In this document: positions 38,040 through 48,265 of the stretch, one piece after another
Numbering within the stretch: position 1 is the first letter of the stretch
Layout of the letters: every line of letters begins with the position of its first letter
IMG/VR virus record: IMGVR_UViG_3300027810_000002
Location: 111,163-175,162 of that record
DNA length: 64,000 bases
Strand: one strand, 5' to 3'
DNA from: a virus
The notes under the pieces: model-generated
Database searches by the model: none
The model's input: the letters and a program-made list of their open reading frames with translations, nothing else
What the model was told of the DNA's origin: nothing
Made by a program: the position numbers and the translations under genes

Positions 38040-38447
38040 CTAATTATTTAATATTTTATCTAAATCTTTTATACATGACAATACTTCACTGTATATCGTG
38101 TCAGCTTTGATAGATATAATCTCACTTCGATAAATTACTTTATTAGTTTGTTTATTTGTAACTCGACATCTTAGTATGTATCGAGGTTTAATTCTTAATA
38201 TAGGCTGTAGGTGTTTAACATTCCAGATCTGTGCTCTTGCTTCACCTGCAGCAGCAGCTGAGGTTTTTATACTTGCAATTACATGATAGTCTTTATTTTC
38301 GTTTTCATAGAAAGATTGAACTTCCTTAACGTTATTAGTAATTAAATAAAGGCGATATGCTGTTTGATAGGTAGACGCAAGCACAGTTTTCAACGCACTT
38401 GCATCTATCTTTTTTGTTATGTAAGGTTCTTGTAGGTTAAACTTCAC
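38040..38447 (-). CDS. Hypothetical protein
   Basis: 135 aa, GTG start. Confidence 0.55.
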   Translation of the reverse strand: MKFNLQEPYITKKIDASALKTVLASTYQTAYRLYLITNNVKEVQSFYENENKDYHVIASIKTSAAAAGEARAQIWNVKHLQPILRIKPRYILRCRVTNKQTNKVIYRSEIISIKADTIYSEVLSCIKDLDKILNN

Positions 38448-39260
38448 CCGGTTGTGTTTTATCCGTTCTTTGAACTAAGCCTAATCCGCCTAATCCATTG
38501 TCTGGTTGTGTTATTCTTCTTCTAACAGGCTTAACTATTCTAGCTTCTTTAACTTGAGCTGTTAAACCAACAGGCTTAACTTCCTCTTCCAATTCTTCAT
38601 CCTCTAGTATATCAAGTGGAGAATTAATCTCATTTGCTAGTTTGGTCCATTCTTGTATTTCATCCTCGTCTGTTCCTAAAACAGATTTACCAGATGCGAC
38701 ATTAGGATATTTAACCGGTCTATCTAAAGAATCCTCTATTATTTCACTTTTTTTTTCTCAGAAGTAACATTAATATCAGACGCTATATCTTCTAAATTAG
38801 TTGGAGATAATTCACCAACCTCAGATTCTGGTTTAATATAATCTACTAGCGATTTAATAAATCCTAAAGCAACTAATGGTAAGATTGCTCCAGATACTGC
38901 AGCTAATAATCTTTTTTGTTCTAAAGGTTCCCATTCTACTAGGTTAAATAATTCAACCCAACCATAATAGTTATCTAAGTTGATAAATGCATAGTACATG
39001 TTACCTTGCATCTGCATCGCGGTTATCGTGATAAATAGGGCCCATACTAGGGACTTGTTCATTTTATCTAAAGTTATTAATGCCGCTAGCGATGCTGCTG
39101 CTCCTAATTCAAATCCAATTGCTAGGGTTATTGCTAACCACTTTGGGTTAGATAGTTCGAAGAAATCGACAACGTGAATTGTTGATACAACACTCACTAA
39201 AATGTATAGTGAAACGAAAGTTCCAATGATGAAATTGTTAACTAATTTACTCTGGTTCAT
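38437..39260 (-). CDS. Four-TM membrane protein with probable -1 frameshift extension at an A9 run (38748-38756)
   Basis: Frame 0 stops at 38739; the -1 frame continues for 103 aa with no ATG to TAA at 38437. Confidence 0.65.
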
Positions 39261-39261
39261 A

Positions 39262-39570
39262 TTATTTAGATTCTAATTCATCGATTAAACGCTCGATCTC
39301 GTTTTGGCGTTGAACATCTAACATCTTTCTGTCAGTTCCTTGAATCATTCTCTTCTCAGCTTTTAAACCTTCGATTCTTATATCTAATTTAGTTGGAAGT
39401 GTTTCTATAGTTGCTTTTAATTCAGCAGCTGCAGTATGTTCAATTTTAAGTTCTTTCTTAACTCTTGTTAATTCGGAGTCTACTCCGCATGATTTAAAGT
39501 ATACTAGTACTAATAAGATAGTAATTACCTTAGATCCGTGTTTTGCAAAAAATGCATTGATTTTATTCAT
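39262..39570 (-). CDS. N-anchored coiled-coil membrane protein
   Basis: TM ending YFKSC, then coiled coil. Confidence 0.6.
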   Translation of the reverse strand: MNKINAFFAKHGSKVITILLVLVYFKSCGVDSELTRVKKELKIEHTAAAELKATIETLPTKLDIRIEGLKAEKRMIQGTDRKMLDVQRQNEIERLIDELESK

Positions 39571-39669
39571 AATTCTAATATTTGTTTAAGTTTTATGTTG
39601 TTTATATATCTCGATTTAAATAATAAACTTATCTAGTTAGTTATACGTTAAAATTCAAGATTGTTTATT

Positions 39670-42600
39670 TTATCCACAATATAGATATCCATATACTCCT
39701 TCAGACTTTCCTTCGGTATCAAATGCACAATCTTCCATACATTTACCTACGGTATATGATGTGATAGTTTGTCTTTCTTCATACTGTGGAGTTCCATCTT
39801 CAAATCCAATTATTACCCATTCAGTTGGTTGTTTCATAACATATCCTGGTGTATCTGAAGAACATACTAAATCCCCTATAAGAACAAGTCCATTTTGATC
39901 ACATACTTTCATACCAGTTAATCCACCTTCACGTGAATCTCCAATAGATGCTACTCTCCAAATCGTTTTAATATCTCTATCATCTACTGGTATTTTATTT
40001 CCTAGTGAGTCTCTGTAATGGTGTGGTTTTTCTGAAGTATCTTTTCCGTTTGGTAAAAATTTATCTAATGGGCTCTCCTTTATAGTAAAATCAAGACCTT
40101 GCCACAATATACCTACGATAGCAGTATCTTGTACTGAAGATGCTTTAACTAATTCGTTGTTTTCATCTAACTTAACCAAATCTCCAACTTCTATCTGCAT
40201 ATCATTTCTTTTAATATACATGTGTGATGCTGTAAAGCCAATTGGATCTAGCATTTTAGGGCTATCACTAATGGTCGCACCACTACCGCTATCATATGTA
40301 ACGTCCTCATATCGGTTTGCATAATTTCCTGCTATAGTTTGAAAATCATTTCTAAAATCAGAAAATTTATTATCTCCGAATTTTACTTCGGGTTTAAATC
40401 TAAGTAATTTATATCCGTCATCGCCAAATAAAGGGTCATCATTAGAATCTAACTCAATATCAAATATAGAACTTGCAAGTCCACCTGCAATTGTTGCGCC
40501 TCCTTCAATGTCCATATCACCTCTAAACTTCGCATTACCCGATGGGTCTATATAAAAATTCTTAGCATTAATAGCACCATTATCTAAATTAATACCCATA
40601 CCAAGAGAGGTATAATCATCCCATCCTGCTACTCCAGAAAAATTAGCATTCTTTATGACACCTGTTGTTATCTTTCCTCCACTTATTACTGTTGACGTTG
40701 TTAAGAACGTACTAGTGTCTGGATCTGGTCCTTGAGGTCCAGTAGCACCAGTCTTACCTTCAGCTGACACTGAAAGCGTTTGTTGTTTTGTAAAAGGAAA
40801 GGTTGCACCATTAGATCTTTTCACAATAATATTATAATCAACGTATGCTGATTTGTATAGTATATTAGTATGATCTGCAACACCTACAGTCTTACCTGAG
40901 ATATATGTATTCCCTGGGGTAATTCCTGAACCACTGCGAGTTATCATGTATTGTCCGTTGGTCAGTCCAGATTGGTTAGTGGTTGCACTATATTGTAATT
41001 CATTTACACCCTCATATACCTGTAGCCTGGTTCCTGATCCGATGTAATTAACTGTTCCGAATCCAACGCCAGCGCCACTTCCACTTCCGCTACCGGCTAG
41101 TGCAGGTAAGGTATGAGACTCATTGCTCATTATTATTGATATTGCATCTTCACCATCTTTAGATGACTGAAGTCCTGCCATTGTTATCTGATCCCTTGCT
41201 AAAATAGGTGCCGTTCCATTACCTTCTCTAATCTCTACTTCTATAGTTTGTGGCATACGATCATAATCTGCAGGTGGAGCGTATGTGTACGTAATTTCCG
41301 TTGATGGACCTTGTACAACTATATCATTTAAAAGAAAAGTATAATAAACTGTTCCTGTTGTATTAAGCGCTTTTGCCCTAACCCCTATATCATTTATAAA
41401 CCATCGTTCTCCAGTATGTTGGTATGGAACTACATATGAGGTTGCTACTAAATTTACAGCTCTATAATTTGATCCAGCCGATCCAGTGTTACCCACAGCT
41501 CCTTGTACTCCAGATAATCCTTGTGACCCCTTTGCTCCAGTAGGTCCAGTTGGTCCTGTTGGTCCTGCTGGGCCATCAGTAAAACTAACTTCTCCGTTAA
41601 ACGCAACCTGTCCGTTTTTTATTGAGAATGGCGTTAATAATGTACCATTTTTGACATCTGCACTAGTTATTTTAAAACTATCTGCAAGAAACGCTATTGA
41701 ACTTCCAGTTTCATTTGCACCTAATTTCATACCTGCAACATTACCATTTGTATTTACTTCTAATGTATATTGCGCTTCTATTGTACTTGTAATTGCGTTT
41801 ATATCTGCTGTTTGTTGGGTGGTTACTCCAGCAGTTTCACTTCCTAGAGCTGCTATTAAACTTGTTGTTGAGGTAACAGTTGCTTGGTTTGCAGTTGCGA
41901 CCGTACTGTCTATTGTTGATTTAATGGCCGAAGATCCTCTAACTCCGGTGATAGATCCATCGTTGGGATTTATCTTGTATTCTGCTTCCAGTGTATCTAC
42001 TCTACTGGCTGCTGCTGCATTTAATGTTGTTAGTGCTGTTTCAGTTGATGTTATAGCTGCATTAGTTTCTACGATATCTGTTGAAACACTTGAAGTTAAT
42101 TCAGTAATTCTGTTTGAAAGAGCAGTGTCTGCTGTTGCAAATGTTGTTTCAGCTGTATTAATATCTGCGTTAGTTGCCACAAGATTAGTTGAAACACTTG
42201 CAGTTAAAGTATCTATTCTACCTGAAAGGGCAGTGTCTGCTGTCGCAAATGCAGTTTCAATTGTACCAATATCTGCGTTAGTTGCTACGATATCTGTTGA
42301 AACACTGGCGGTTAAAGTATCTATTCTACCTGAAAGAGCGGTATCTGCTGTTGCGAATGCTATTTCAGCAGTATCTATTGCCGCATTAGTTGCTACGATA
42401 TCTGTTGAAACACTTGCAGTTAAAGTATCTACTCTGTTTGAGATTGCAGTGTCTGCGTTTACAAATGCAGTTTCAACTGTACCAATGTCTGCGTTAGTTG
42501 CAGCGATATCTGTTGAAACACTAGCTGTTAAAGTATCTATTCTACCTGCAAGGGCGGTGTCTGCATTTGCAAATACCGTTTCAGCCGTGCTAATATCTGC

Positions 42601-45351
42601 ATTAGTTGTAGCGATATCGGTCGAAACACTAGCTGTTAAAGTATCTATTCTACTTGAAAGAGCAGCGTCCGCTGTTGCAAGTGTAGTTTCGGCTGTACCA
42701 ATATCTGCATTAGTTGCAACAAGATTGGTTGAAACACTTGTAGTTAAATTAGTAATTCTTTCAGATAAAGCGGAATCCGCAGTCGTGTATGTCGTTTCAA
42801 CTGTACTAATATCTGCATTAGTTGCAACAAGATTGGTTGAAACGCTAGCATTTAAAGTATCTATTCTACTTGCAAGAGCCGAATCCGCTGTTGCAGCAGT
42901 TTGTTCGGCCGTACTGATATCTGCATTAGTTGCAGCAATGTCGGTTGAAACACTTGCTGTTAATTCAGTAATTCTTTCTGCTAATGCAGCATCTTTCGCC
43001 GCTAATGTGGTTTCGGTGGTATTTATATCTGCATTAGTTGCAGCGATGTCTGTTGAAACGCTGGCTGTTAAAGTATCTATTCTACCCGCAAGAGCAGTGT
43101 CTGCTGTTGCGAATGCGGTTTCGGTGGTATTTATATCTGCGTTGGTTGTAGCTAGATCGGTTGATACGCTGGCAGTTAAATTAGTAATTCTTTCCGATAA
43201 TGCGGAATCCTCCAATGCTAGTGCTGTTTCAGTTGATGTTATATCTGCGTTAGTTGTCGCGATATCTGTTGAAACGCTTGCCGTTAATTCAGTAATTCTA
43301 TTTGAAAGGGCTGAGTCGCTGGTTGTATATGCAGTTTCTACAGAACTTAAATTAGCTTCTGTTGTAGCACTTTCTGTTGAAACGCTTGCCGTTAATTCAG
43401 TAATTCTATTTGAAAGGGCTGAGTCGCTGGTTGTATATGCAGTTTCTACAGAACTTAAATTAGCTTCTGTTGTAGCACTTTCTGTTGAAACTTTAGCTGT
43501 CAAAGTTTCAATTCTCTGTAACATGGCAGTGTCCTCGTCAACAAGTGCTGTCATATCGTTTTCTATACTAGCAGTTACTATTAATTCATCAGAACTAAGC
43601 TGTGCAATTAAAGAACTTGCTTGGGTTACTACCGCTCCATCTGCATTTGCAAATGCGGTTTCAATTGAACCTAGATCTGCTTGAGTTACTGCGCCATCAG
43701 CTGTAAAGCTTGTAGCTAATTCATCTATTCTGGTTGCTAAAGCACCATCTGCCGTTGTAAGTACAGTTTCAGTAGAAGTTATTGTTGCGTTAGTTTCAAC
43801 AAGATTGGTTGAAACACTGGCTTCTAAAATATCTATTTTACTTGAAAGAGCAGTATCTTCATTAGCTAGTATTGTTATATCTGATGAAACTCCTGCATTT
43901 GTTTGTACTAGTTCATTACTAATTTCCGCAGTTAATGCTCTTGTTTCTGAAATAACAACTTCATCGGCAGCTACGGTTACCTGTAATAAAGATGTTATGT
44001 CGGCTGATGCTAATGCACTTTCAGATGAAATCTCAGCCTGTAGCGATTCTTTTAATTCGATTAGTGCTGCATCTGCTGTTGCTATTGCAGTTATGCTTTC
44101 GCCTAAGCTTATATTTGTATTTGTTAATTCAGTCGATACAACTGCGTTTAATCTCTTTGCTTCTGTTAGTATTGCTTCGTCTTCATCTGCTAAAAAAGAA
44201 GATATTGATTCTAATCCAGCAACGGTTTCAGAACTTGCAGTACTAAATGATGTTTCAACTGAAGTTGATAACTGTGCAAAAGCCTCACTTGAAGTAACTA
44301 ATGCATTAACATCCTGTCGAATACTTGCTTCCGCACTTGTGATGTCATCACTTAGTGTTGCATTAACACTGTCTATTTTTTGATCTAAAACAAAGTTACC
44401 ATCTGATATTTCACCATTTAGGTAATCTTGTAAACCACTTACCCTAGTCTCAATTGAACCATTAACTTGAATAAATTCAGCAGAAGTTGCATCTGCAATT
44501 GAATTAATATACGTATCATTGTCTGAAATAAGACTGTTTATTGATTGGGTAGTATTGTCAAGAGTAGAAGAAACTAAATCTGTGACCGCGTTAGCTTCTG
44601 AAACCTCCGAAGTTAATCTTTCTCTTAAAACCTCTAGATTCTCTTCTATAGATACTTGAGTATCGTTAATTTTTGTATTTGTTGATGCTATATTATCTTC
44701 AACAGATGCTCTAGTTTCGCTGATTTCATTTTCAATTGAACTAGTGTTATTATCTAATATTGTTTCTGCTTGAGATCGTATTGTGTTCGCTAAATCAAGA
44801 GACACTAGCATAGCATCAATAATACTTGTAACTTCATCGTCTGATATCGCAGCGGAATCAATTATAGATCCATTTACATTTAATTGACCATCAACGATAC
44901 TAATACTATTTTCTCCTAAATAAAGCGTACTATTACTTAAATAAATATCTCTAAATTTATTTGTAGCGGATCCTAAATCGTATGATACGTTTGCATCAGG
45001 TATTAAACTACTAACAACAGTACCTCCTATAATATTAGATGAACCTCCTCCTCCTCCAGTAGCTGTAATCCATACATAATCTCCAACTTCAGCGCCTTTA
45101 TCAATATATGTAACGTCGCTTGTTATTACTTTATGTAGTTTTAAAACTTTATCTATATCATTTATTAGATCTAATTCTCCATCGGAGCCCGATCCCATTA
45201 CCAGATAACCATTAAGAGTTTTCCCAATTAAACTTAAATTGGAATCCATTTCATCGTGTTTCAGCGCTCTTTTTAAAACCTTTCGATAGTTTGGTGTATA
45301 TTTACCGTTTTCGTCCTTGTTGAAATAGTCTCTAGAATTTCCTTGTTGCAT
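39670..45351 (-). CDS. Giant tail fibre/tip protein (1893 aa) with 36-aa coiled-coil repeats and DUF1983-like domain
   Basis: ASVSTDIAATNADI repeats; YTLEVNTNGNVAGMKLG..FLADSF..PFSIKNGQV; short collagen segment; chaperone/peptidase-G2-like C-terminus. Confidence 0.85.
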   Translation of the reverse strand: MQQGNSRDYFNKDENGKYTPNYRKVLKRALKHDEMDSNLSLIGKTLNGYLVMGSGSDGELDLINDIDKVLKLHKVITSDVTYIDKGAEVGDYVWITATGGGGGSSNIIGGTVVSSLIPDANVSYDLGSATNKFRDIYLSNSTLYLGENSISIVDGQLNVNGSIIDSAAISDDEVTSIIDAMLVSLDLANTIRSQAETILDNNTSSIENEISETRASVEDNIASTNTKINDTQVSIEENLEVLRERLTSEVSEANAVTDLVSSTLDNTTQSINSLISDNDTYINSIADATSAEFIQVNGSIETRVSGLQDYLNGEISDGNFVLDQKIDSVNATLSDDITSAEASIRQDVNALVTSSEAFAQLSTSVETSFSTASSETVAGLESISSFLADEDEAILTEAKRLNAVVSTELTNTNISLGESITAIATADAALIELKESLQAEISSESALASADITSLLQVTVAADEVVISETRALTAEISNELVQTNAGVSSDITILANEDTALSSKIDILEASVSTNLVETNATITSTETVLTTADGALATRIDELATSFTADGAVTQADLGSIETAFANADGAVVTQASSLIAQLSSDELIVTASIENDMTALVDEDTAMLQRIETLTAKVSTESATTEANLSSVETAYTTSDSALSNRITELTASVSTESATTEANLSSVETAYTTSDSALSNRITELTASVSTDIATTNADITSTETALALEDSALSERITNLTASVSTDLATTNADINTTETAFATADTALAGRIDTLTASVSTDIAATNADINTTETTLAAKDAALAERITELTASVSTDIAATNADISTAEQTAATADSALASRIDTLNASVSTNLVATNADISTVETTYTTADSALSERITNLTTSVSTNLVATNADIGTAETTLATADAALSSRIDTLTASVSTDIATTNADISTAETVFANADTALAGRIDTLTASVSTDIAATNADIGTVETAFVNADTAISNRVDTLTASVSTDIVATNAAIDTAEIAFATADTALSGRIDTLTASVSTDIVATNADIGTIETAFATADTALSGRIDTLTASVSTNLVATNADINTAETTFATADTALSNRITELTSSVSTDIVETNAAITSTETALTTLNAAAASRVDTLEAEYKINPNDGSITGVRGSSAIKSTIDSTVATANQATVTSTTSLIAALGSETAGVTTQQTADINAITSTIEAQYTLEVNTNGNVAGMKLGANETGSSIAFLADSFKITSADVKNGTLLTPFSIKNGQVAFNGEVSFTDGPAGPTGPTGPTGAKGSQGLSGVQGAVGNTGSAGSNYRAVNLVATSYVVPYQHTGERWFINDIGVRAKALNTTGTVYYTFLLNDIVVQGPSTEITYTYAPPADYDRMPQTIEVEIREGNGTAPILARDQITMAGLQSSKDGEDAISIIMSNESHTLPALAGSGSGSGAGVGFGTVNYIGSGTRLQVYEGVNELQYSATTNQSGLTNGQYMITRSGSGITPGNTYISGKTVGVADHTNILYKSAYVDYNIIVKRSNGATFPFTKQQTLSVSAEGKTGATGPQGPDPDTSTFLTTSTVISGGKITTGVIKNANFSGVAGWDDYTSLGMGINLDNGAINAKNFYIDPSGNAKFRGDMDIEGGATIAGGLASSIFDIELDSNDDPLFGDDGYKLLRFKPEVKFGDNKFSDFRNDFQTIAGNYANRYEDVTYDSGSGATISDSPKMLDPIGFTASHMYIKRNDMQIEVGDLVKLDENNELVKASSVQDTAIVGILWQGLDFTIKESPLDKFLPNGKDTSEKPHHYRDSLGNKIPVDDRDIKTIWRVASIGDSREGGLTGMKVCDQNGLVLIGDLVCSSDTPGYVMKQPTEWVIIGFEDGTPQYEERQTITSYTVGKCMEDCAFDTEGKSEGVYGYLYCG

Positions 45352-45414
45352 TTTAATACTTTATTTTTAAATATATCGTATTATATTTATCTCAATTATA
45401 ATGTATAAAATACA

Positions 45415-45442
45415 AAAAGCCTATATTTTCATATAGGCTTTT
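45415..45442. terminator. Terminator hairpin
   Basis: AAAAGCCTATAT-tttc-ATATAGGCTTTT. Confidence 0.75.
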
Positions 45443-45680
45443 ATTTATTTGCTTTTTGATTCTGTGATTTGAATTTAGAAGAGGGGTTTGATTTAGAATG
45501 TTTTGTCTTACGACCTTTAACTCGTTTTCTCCACATTTTAAAACTAGATTCTTTCATGTTAGATCTCATTATCTTTCTAACATCATTTTCTTTTATACCG
45601 AATTGAAATTCAATAGCTTCAAAAGGGGTTCGATCCTCCCATGCCATTTCTATAATTCTATCGATTTGTTCTTCTGTCAT
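45441..45680 (-). CDS. TIGR03643/DUF2805 family protein
   Basis: IDRIIEMAWEDRTPFEAI..QFG...SSFKMWRKRV. Confidence 0.88.
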   Translation of the reverse strand: MTEEQIDRIIEMAWEDRTPFEAIEFQFGIKENDVRKIMRSNMKESSFKMWRKRVKGRKTKHSKSNPSSKFKSQNQKANK

Positions 45681-46253
45681 TTATTTCAAATCTCTTTTAA
45701 TATCTTTCTTTACTACTTCTAAATATTTTGCTCTCTTTTCATCAGATACAAAAGGTACTGACCAAAATTGCTTTGTTTTAAACCATCTATTTAGATTCCA
45801 TCCAAATACAAATGTATATACTCCCATTACTAAACGAAGTTTCACTGAGTTTAAATAGAGAGTTAGTACGGGTAGGGATGGCGCTCCGTGTGTAATATAA
45901 GTTCTAACTTTTTTATCACTTAAAAAGGGTTGAGGATATGCGTATGCACCAATTAACGGTACAAATTTATATGCAAAACCTGGTGTAAATACTTCATCGA
46001 AAAAGATTTCCATCCTCGGAGTTAATCTAAACCACCATACTGGAGATACAAAATAAATACGATCTGACCATGTAACCATATCTTGGTACCCTTTAATTAG
46101 ATCGGTCCTTGGTCTTATAAAATCATCTGAATAGAGATCCGCTATCTTTGTTTCTTCTCCTTCGACATCCAATTCTTTTACAATAGTCTTATAAATACCA
46201 TTATAACAGAATGATTTCTGATCAGGGTGCGCTATCACTATTAAATTTTTCAT
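45681..46253 (-). CDS. Flavodoxin-2 family NAD(P)H oxidoreductase
   Basis: VIAHPDQKSF, DLY, SPVWWF, FFDEVFTPGFAY. Confidence 0.85.
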   Translation of the reverse strand: MKNLIVIAHPDQKSFCYNGIYKTIVKELDVEGEETKIADLYSDDFIRPRTDLIKGYQDMVTWSDRIYFVSPVWWFRLTPRMEIFFDEVFTPGFAYKFVPLIGAYAYPQPFLSDKKVRTYITHGAPSLPVLTLYLNSVKLRLVMGVYTFVFGWNLNRWFKTKQFWSVPFVSDEKRAKYLEVVKKDIKRDLK

Positions 46254-46255
46254 AG

Positions 46256-46975
46256 TTACTTATTATTATTTCTTTTAAGATCAATATCCCAAGGTTTAAT
46301 TGTTTGGAATTTACATGCTAACATGTTTGTTGAATTATTAGTACCTAACCAAATAGTACAGTTCTTATTAATTGCTTTTATTTCAAAAGATTTAGAGTAT
46401 CTAAATGAATGCCAATTTCCTATTCTATATAAGATATAACCAGTTCCTATGATTGAAGTACGATTAGATTGGATTTCACCAGTGTTTACTTGCCATATAT
46501 CATCTTTAGGATTATCTGTCGCATATTTAATTTCTGCACGAGCTTCCCATCTGCCGTCTTGCTTGTATTTAGTACCGTCGTATTTTCTTAAATCATCAAT
46601 AACTGTTTTTGTTACTGTGATGTTGTTGTTTCCTGAACCTTTCTTAAATTTTGAACTAGGTACTGGAAATAAACTTCTAAAATTAATAACTCTATTCCTA
46701 GAAACCATCCAGTAATAAGCTATCTTAAAGTTTTCTTCTTCTAATCCCTCTCTACGTAGGAAAACTTGATAATCTACCCCATATCCAGTTGGTGTAATTC
46801 TACCATCATCCATCCAAATCCAAAAAGGACTCCATTTACCTAAACCTCTAAATACCCATGCTATTGGAAACATATACGGAGATGTTAATACTCCAAATAA
46901 GTTTACTGGGACCGCTGATATGAACCATCTAACGTGGATCCATATGTTTCTAAAAACTGTTTTAATTCCTTCCAT
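46256..46975 (-). CDS. Hypothetical protein with N-terminal TM
   Basis: 239 aa. Confidence 0.6.
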   Translation of the reverse strand: MEGIKTVFRNIWIHVRWFISAVPVNLFGVLTSPYMFPIAWVFRGLGKWSPFWIWMDDGRITPTGYGVDYQVFLRREGLEEENFKIAYYWMVSRNRVINFRSLFPVPSSKFKKGSGNNNITVTKTVIDDLRKYDGTKYKQDGRWEARAEIKYATDNPKDDIWQVNTGEIQSNRTSIIGTGYILYRIGNWHSFRYSKSFEIKAINKNCTIWLGTNNSTNMLACKFQTIKPWDIDLKRNNNK

Positions 46976-48039
46976 TATTTATTATTAAATTTATTAATTT
47001 TTTCTGGTGTTAGTTCCTTTAAAAATTCAACGAATAATTTAATACAGGATTTAACATCTTTCTTATGGGCCATTTCCACGGTAGTGTGCATATATTTTAA
47101 TGGAGTTGCTAAGATCGCTGTTGGTGTATTCTCCATAAAGAATGCTACCGTATCATTACCCATTGATCCAACTGTTAATTGAACTGGTATCTTTTTGTCC
47201 TTTGCAATTTCCCTTAACATCTTATTAATACCTCTGTGATTTTGCGAAGTATACTCTAGACATGGACCAGCTCCGCCTTTATTATCTCCATCTTTTGCTT
47301 TGTCTATTTTTGGAGTATTAGTATTATGACAAACATCGTGAACCAGTGCAAGATCTGCTTGTAAGTGTTTAGCAATCTTTTTGGCACCATGTAAGCCAAC
47401 TTCTTCTTGAACTGAATTTACTACATATAAATCATAAGGTAATTCTATTCCTTTCTCTGTGATCTCTCTAAGAGCTTCGGCAATGATATATCCACCAATC
47501 TTGTTATCTAATGATCTACCAACATAATAGTCTCCCATCTCGTGGAATTGATCGTCAAATGTAATTAAGTTTCCAACTTCAACGCCAGCTTTATTGACTG
47601 CTTTCTTATCTTTTAATCCGGTATCAACCCACAGCTCATGTTGATCATATCCTGTCTCGACATATGATTTTCTAGTATGAATTGCTGGCCATCCGAAAAC
47701 TCCCTTAACTTTAGTTCCAGTATGGGTATGTATCATTACAGTTTTACTTGGTGCAATCATATTATCAGATCCACCATGTCTCTTTACTCTAATATATCCA
47801 TCTGCTTCGATATTTGTAATAATCCATGCAATCTCGTCACAGTGTGCTTCTATAACTACTTTAGTTGAGTTTTCTGTTTTAGATCTTTTAATACCATAGC
47901 TTGTGCCGTATGCATCAGTGTGTATTACGTCAGTAAATTTCTCAATGTAATCTCTCCATATGGATTGACCTTCTTCCTCCTGTCCAACAGGGGCGTATGC
48001 ATTTAAATAATTGTATAAAAATTTCTTGTTTTCTTTCAT
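46975..48039 (-). CDS. M42 family aminopeptidase
   Basis: AHCDEI, RSLDNKIG, QEEVGL, HDV, KYMHT. Confidence 0.92.
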   Translation of the reverse strand: MKENKKFLYNYLNAYAPVGQEEEGQSIWRDYIEKFTDVIHTDAYGTSYGIKRSKTENSTKVVIEAHCDEIAWIITNIEADGYIRVKRHGGSDNMIAPSKTVMIHTHTGTKVKGVFGWPAIHTRKSYVETGYDQHELWVDTGLKDKKAVNKAGVEVGNLITFDDQFHEMGDYYVGRSLDNKIGGYIIAEALREITEKGIELPYDLYVVNSVQEEVGLHGAKKIAKHLQADLALVHDVCHNTNTPKIDKAKDGDNKGGAGPCLEYTSQNHRGINKMLREIAKDKKIPVQLTVGSMGNDTVAFFMENTPTAILATPLKYMHTTVEMAHKKDVKSCIKLFVEFLKELTPEKINKFNNK

Positions 48040-48040
48040 A

Positions 48041-48265
48041 TTAATCTTCTTTATTTCCTGTTAATTGATATGCTTCCCATAATTTATCCTGGGCTTCACT
48101 AATTAAATCTTTTATTTTTGTTTCTATTTTGGCAACTGGATGCTGCTGTAAATGATCATCTATCATTGACATAACTACATGTAACCTATCTAACATTTCA
48201 TGATAATGAAATTTATCTAGCTCTACCTTTTTAGAAGTTTGTTTCTGTTGATTTGTTTTTTTCAT
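48041..48265 (-). CDS. Hypothetical protein (start moved to MKKTNQQ)
   Basis: DKFHYHEMLDRLH...QHPV. Confidence 0.6.
   Translation of the reverse strand: MKKTNQQKQTSKKVELDKFHYHEMLDRLHVVMSMIDDHLQQHPVAKIETKIKDLISEAQDKLWEAYQLTGNKED

Noticed and set aside
41486-44383. + strand ORFs of 732, 192 and 84 aa
   Set aside because: Antisense shadows of the coiled-coil fibre gene
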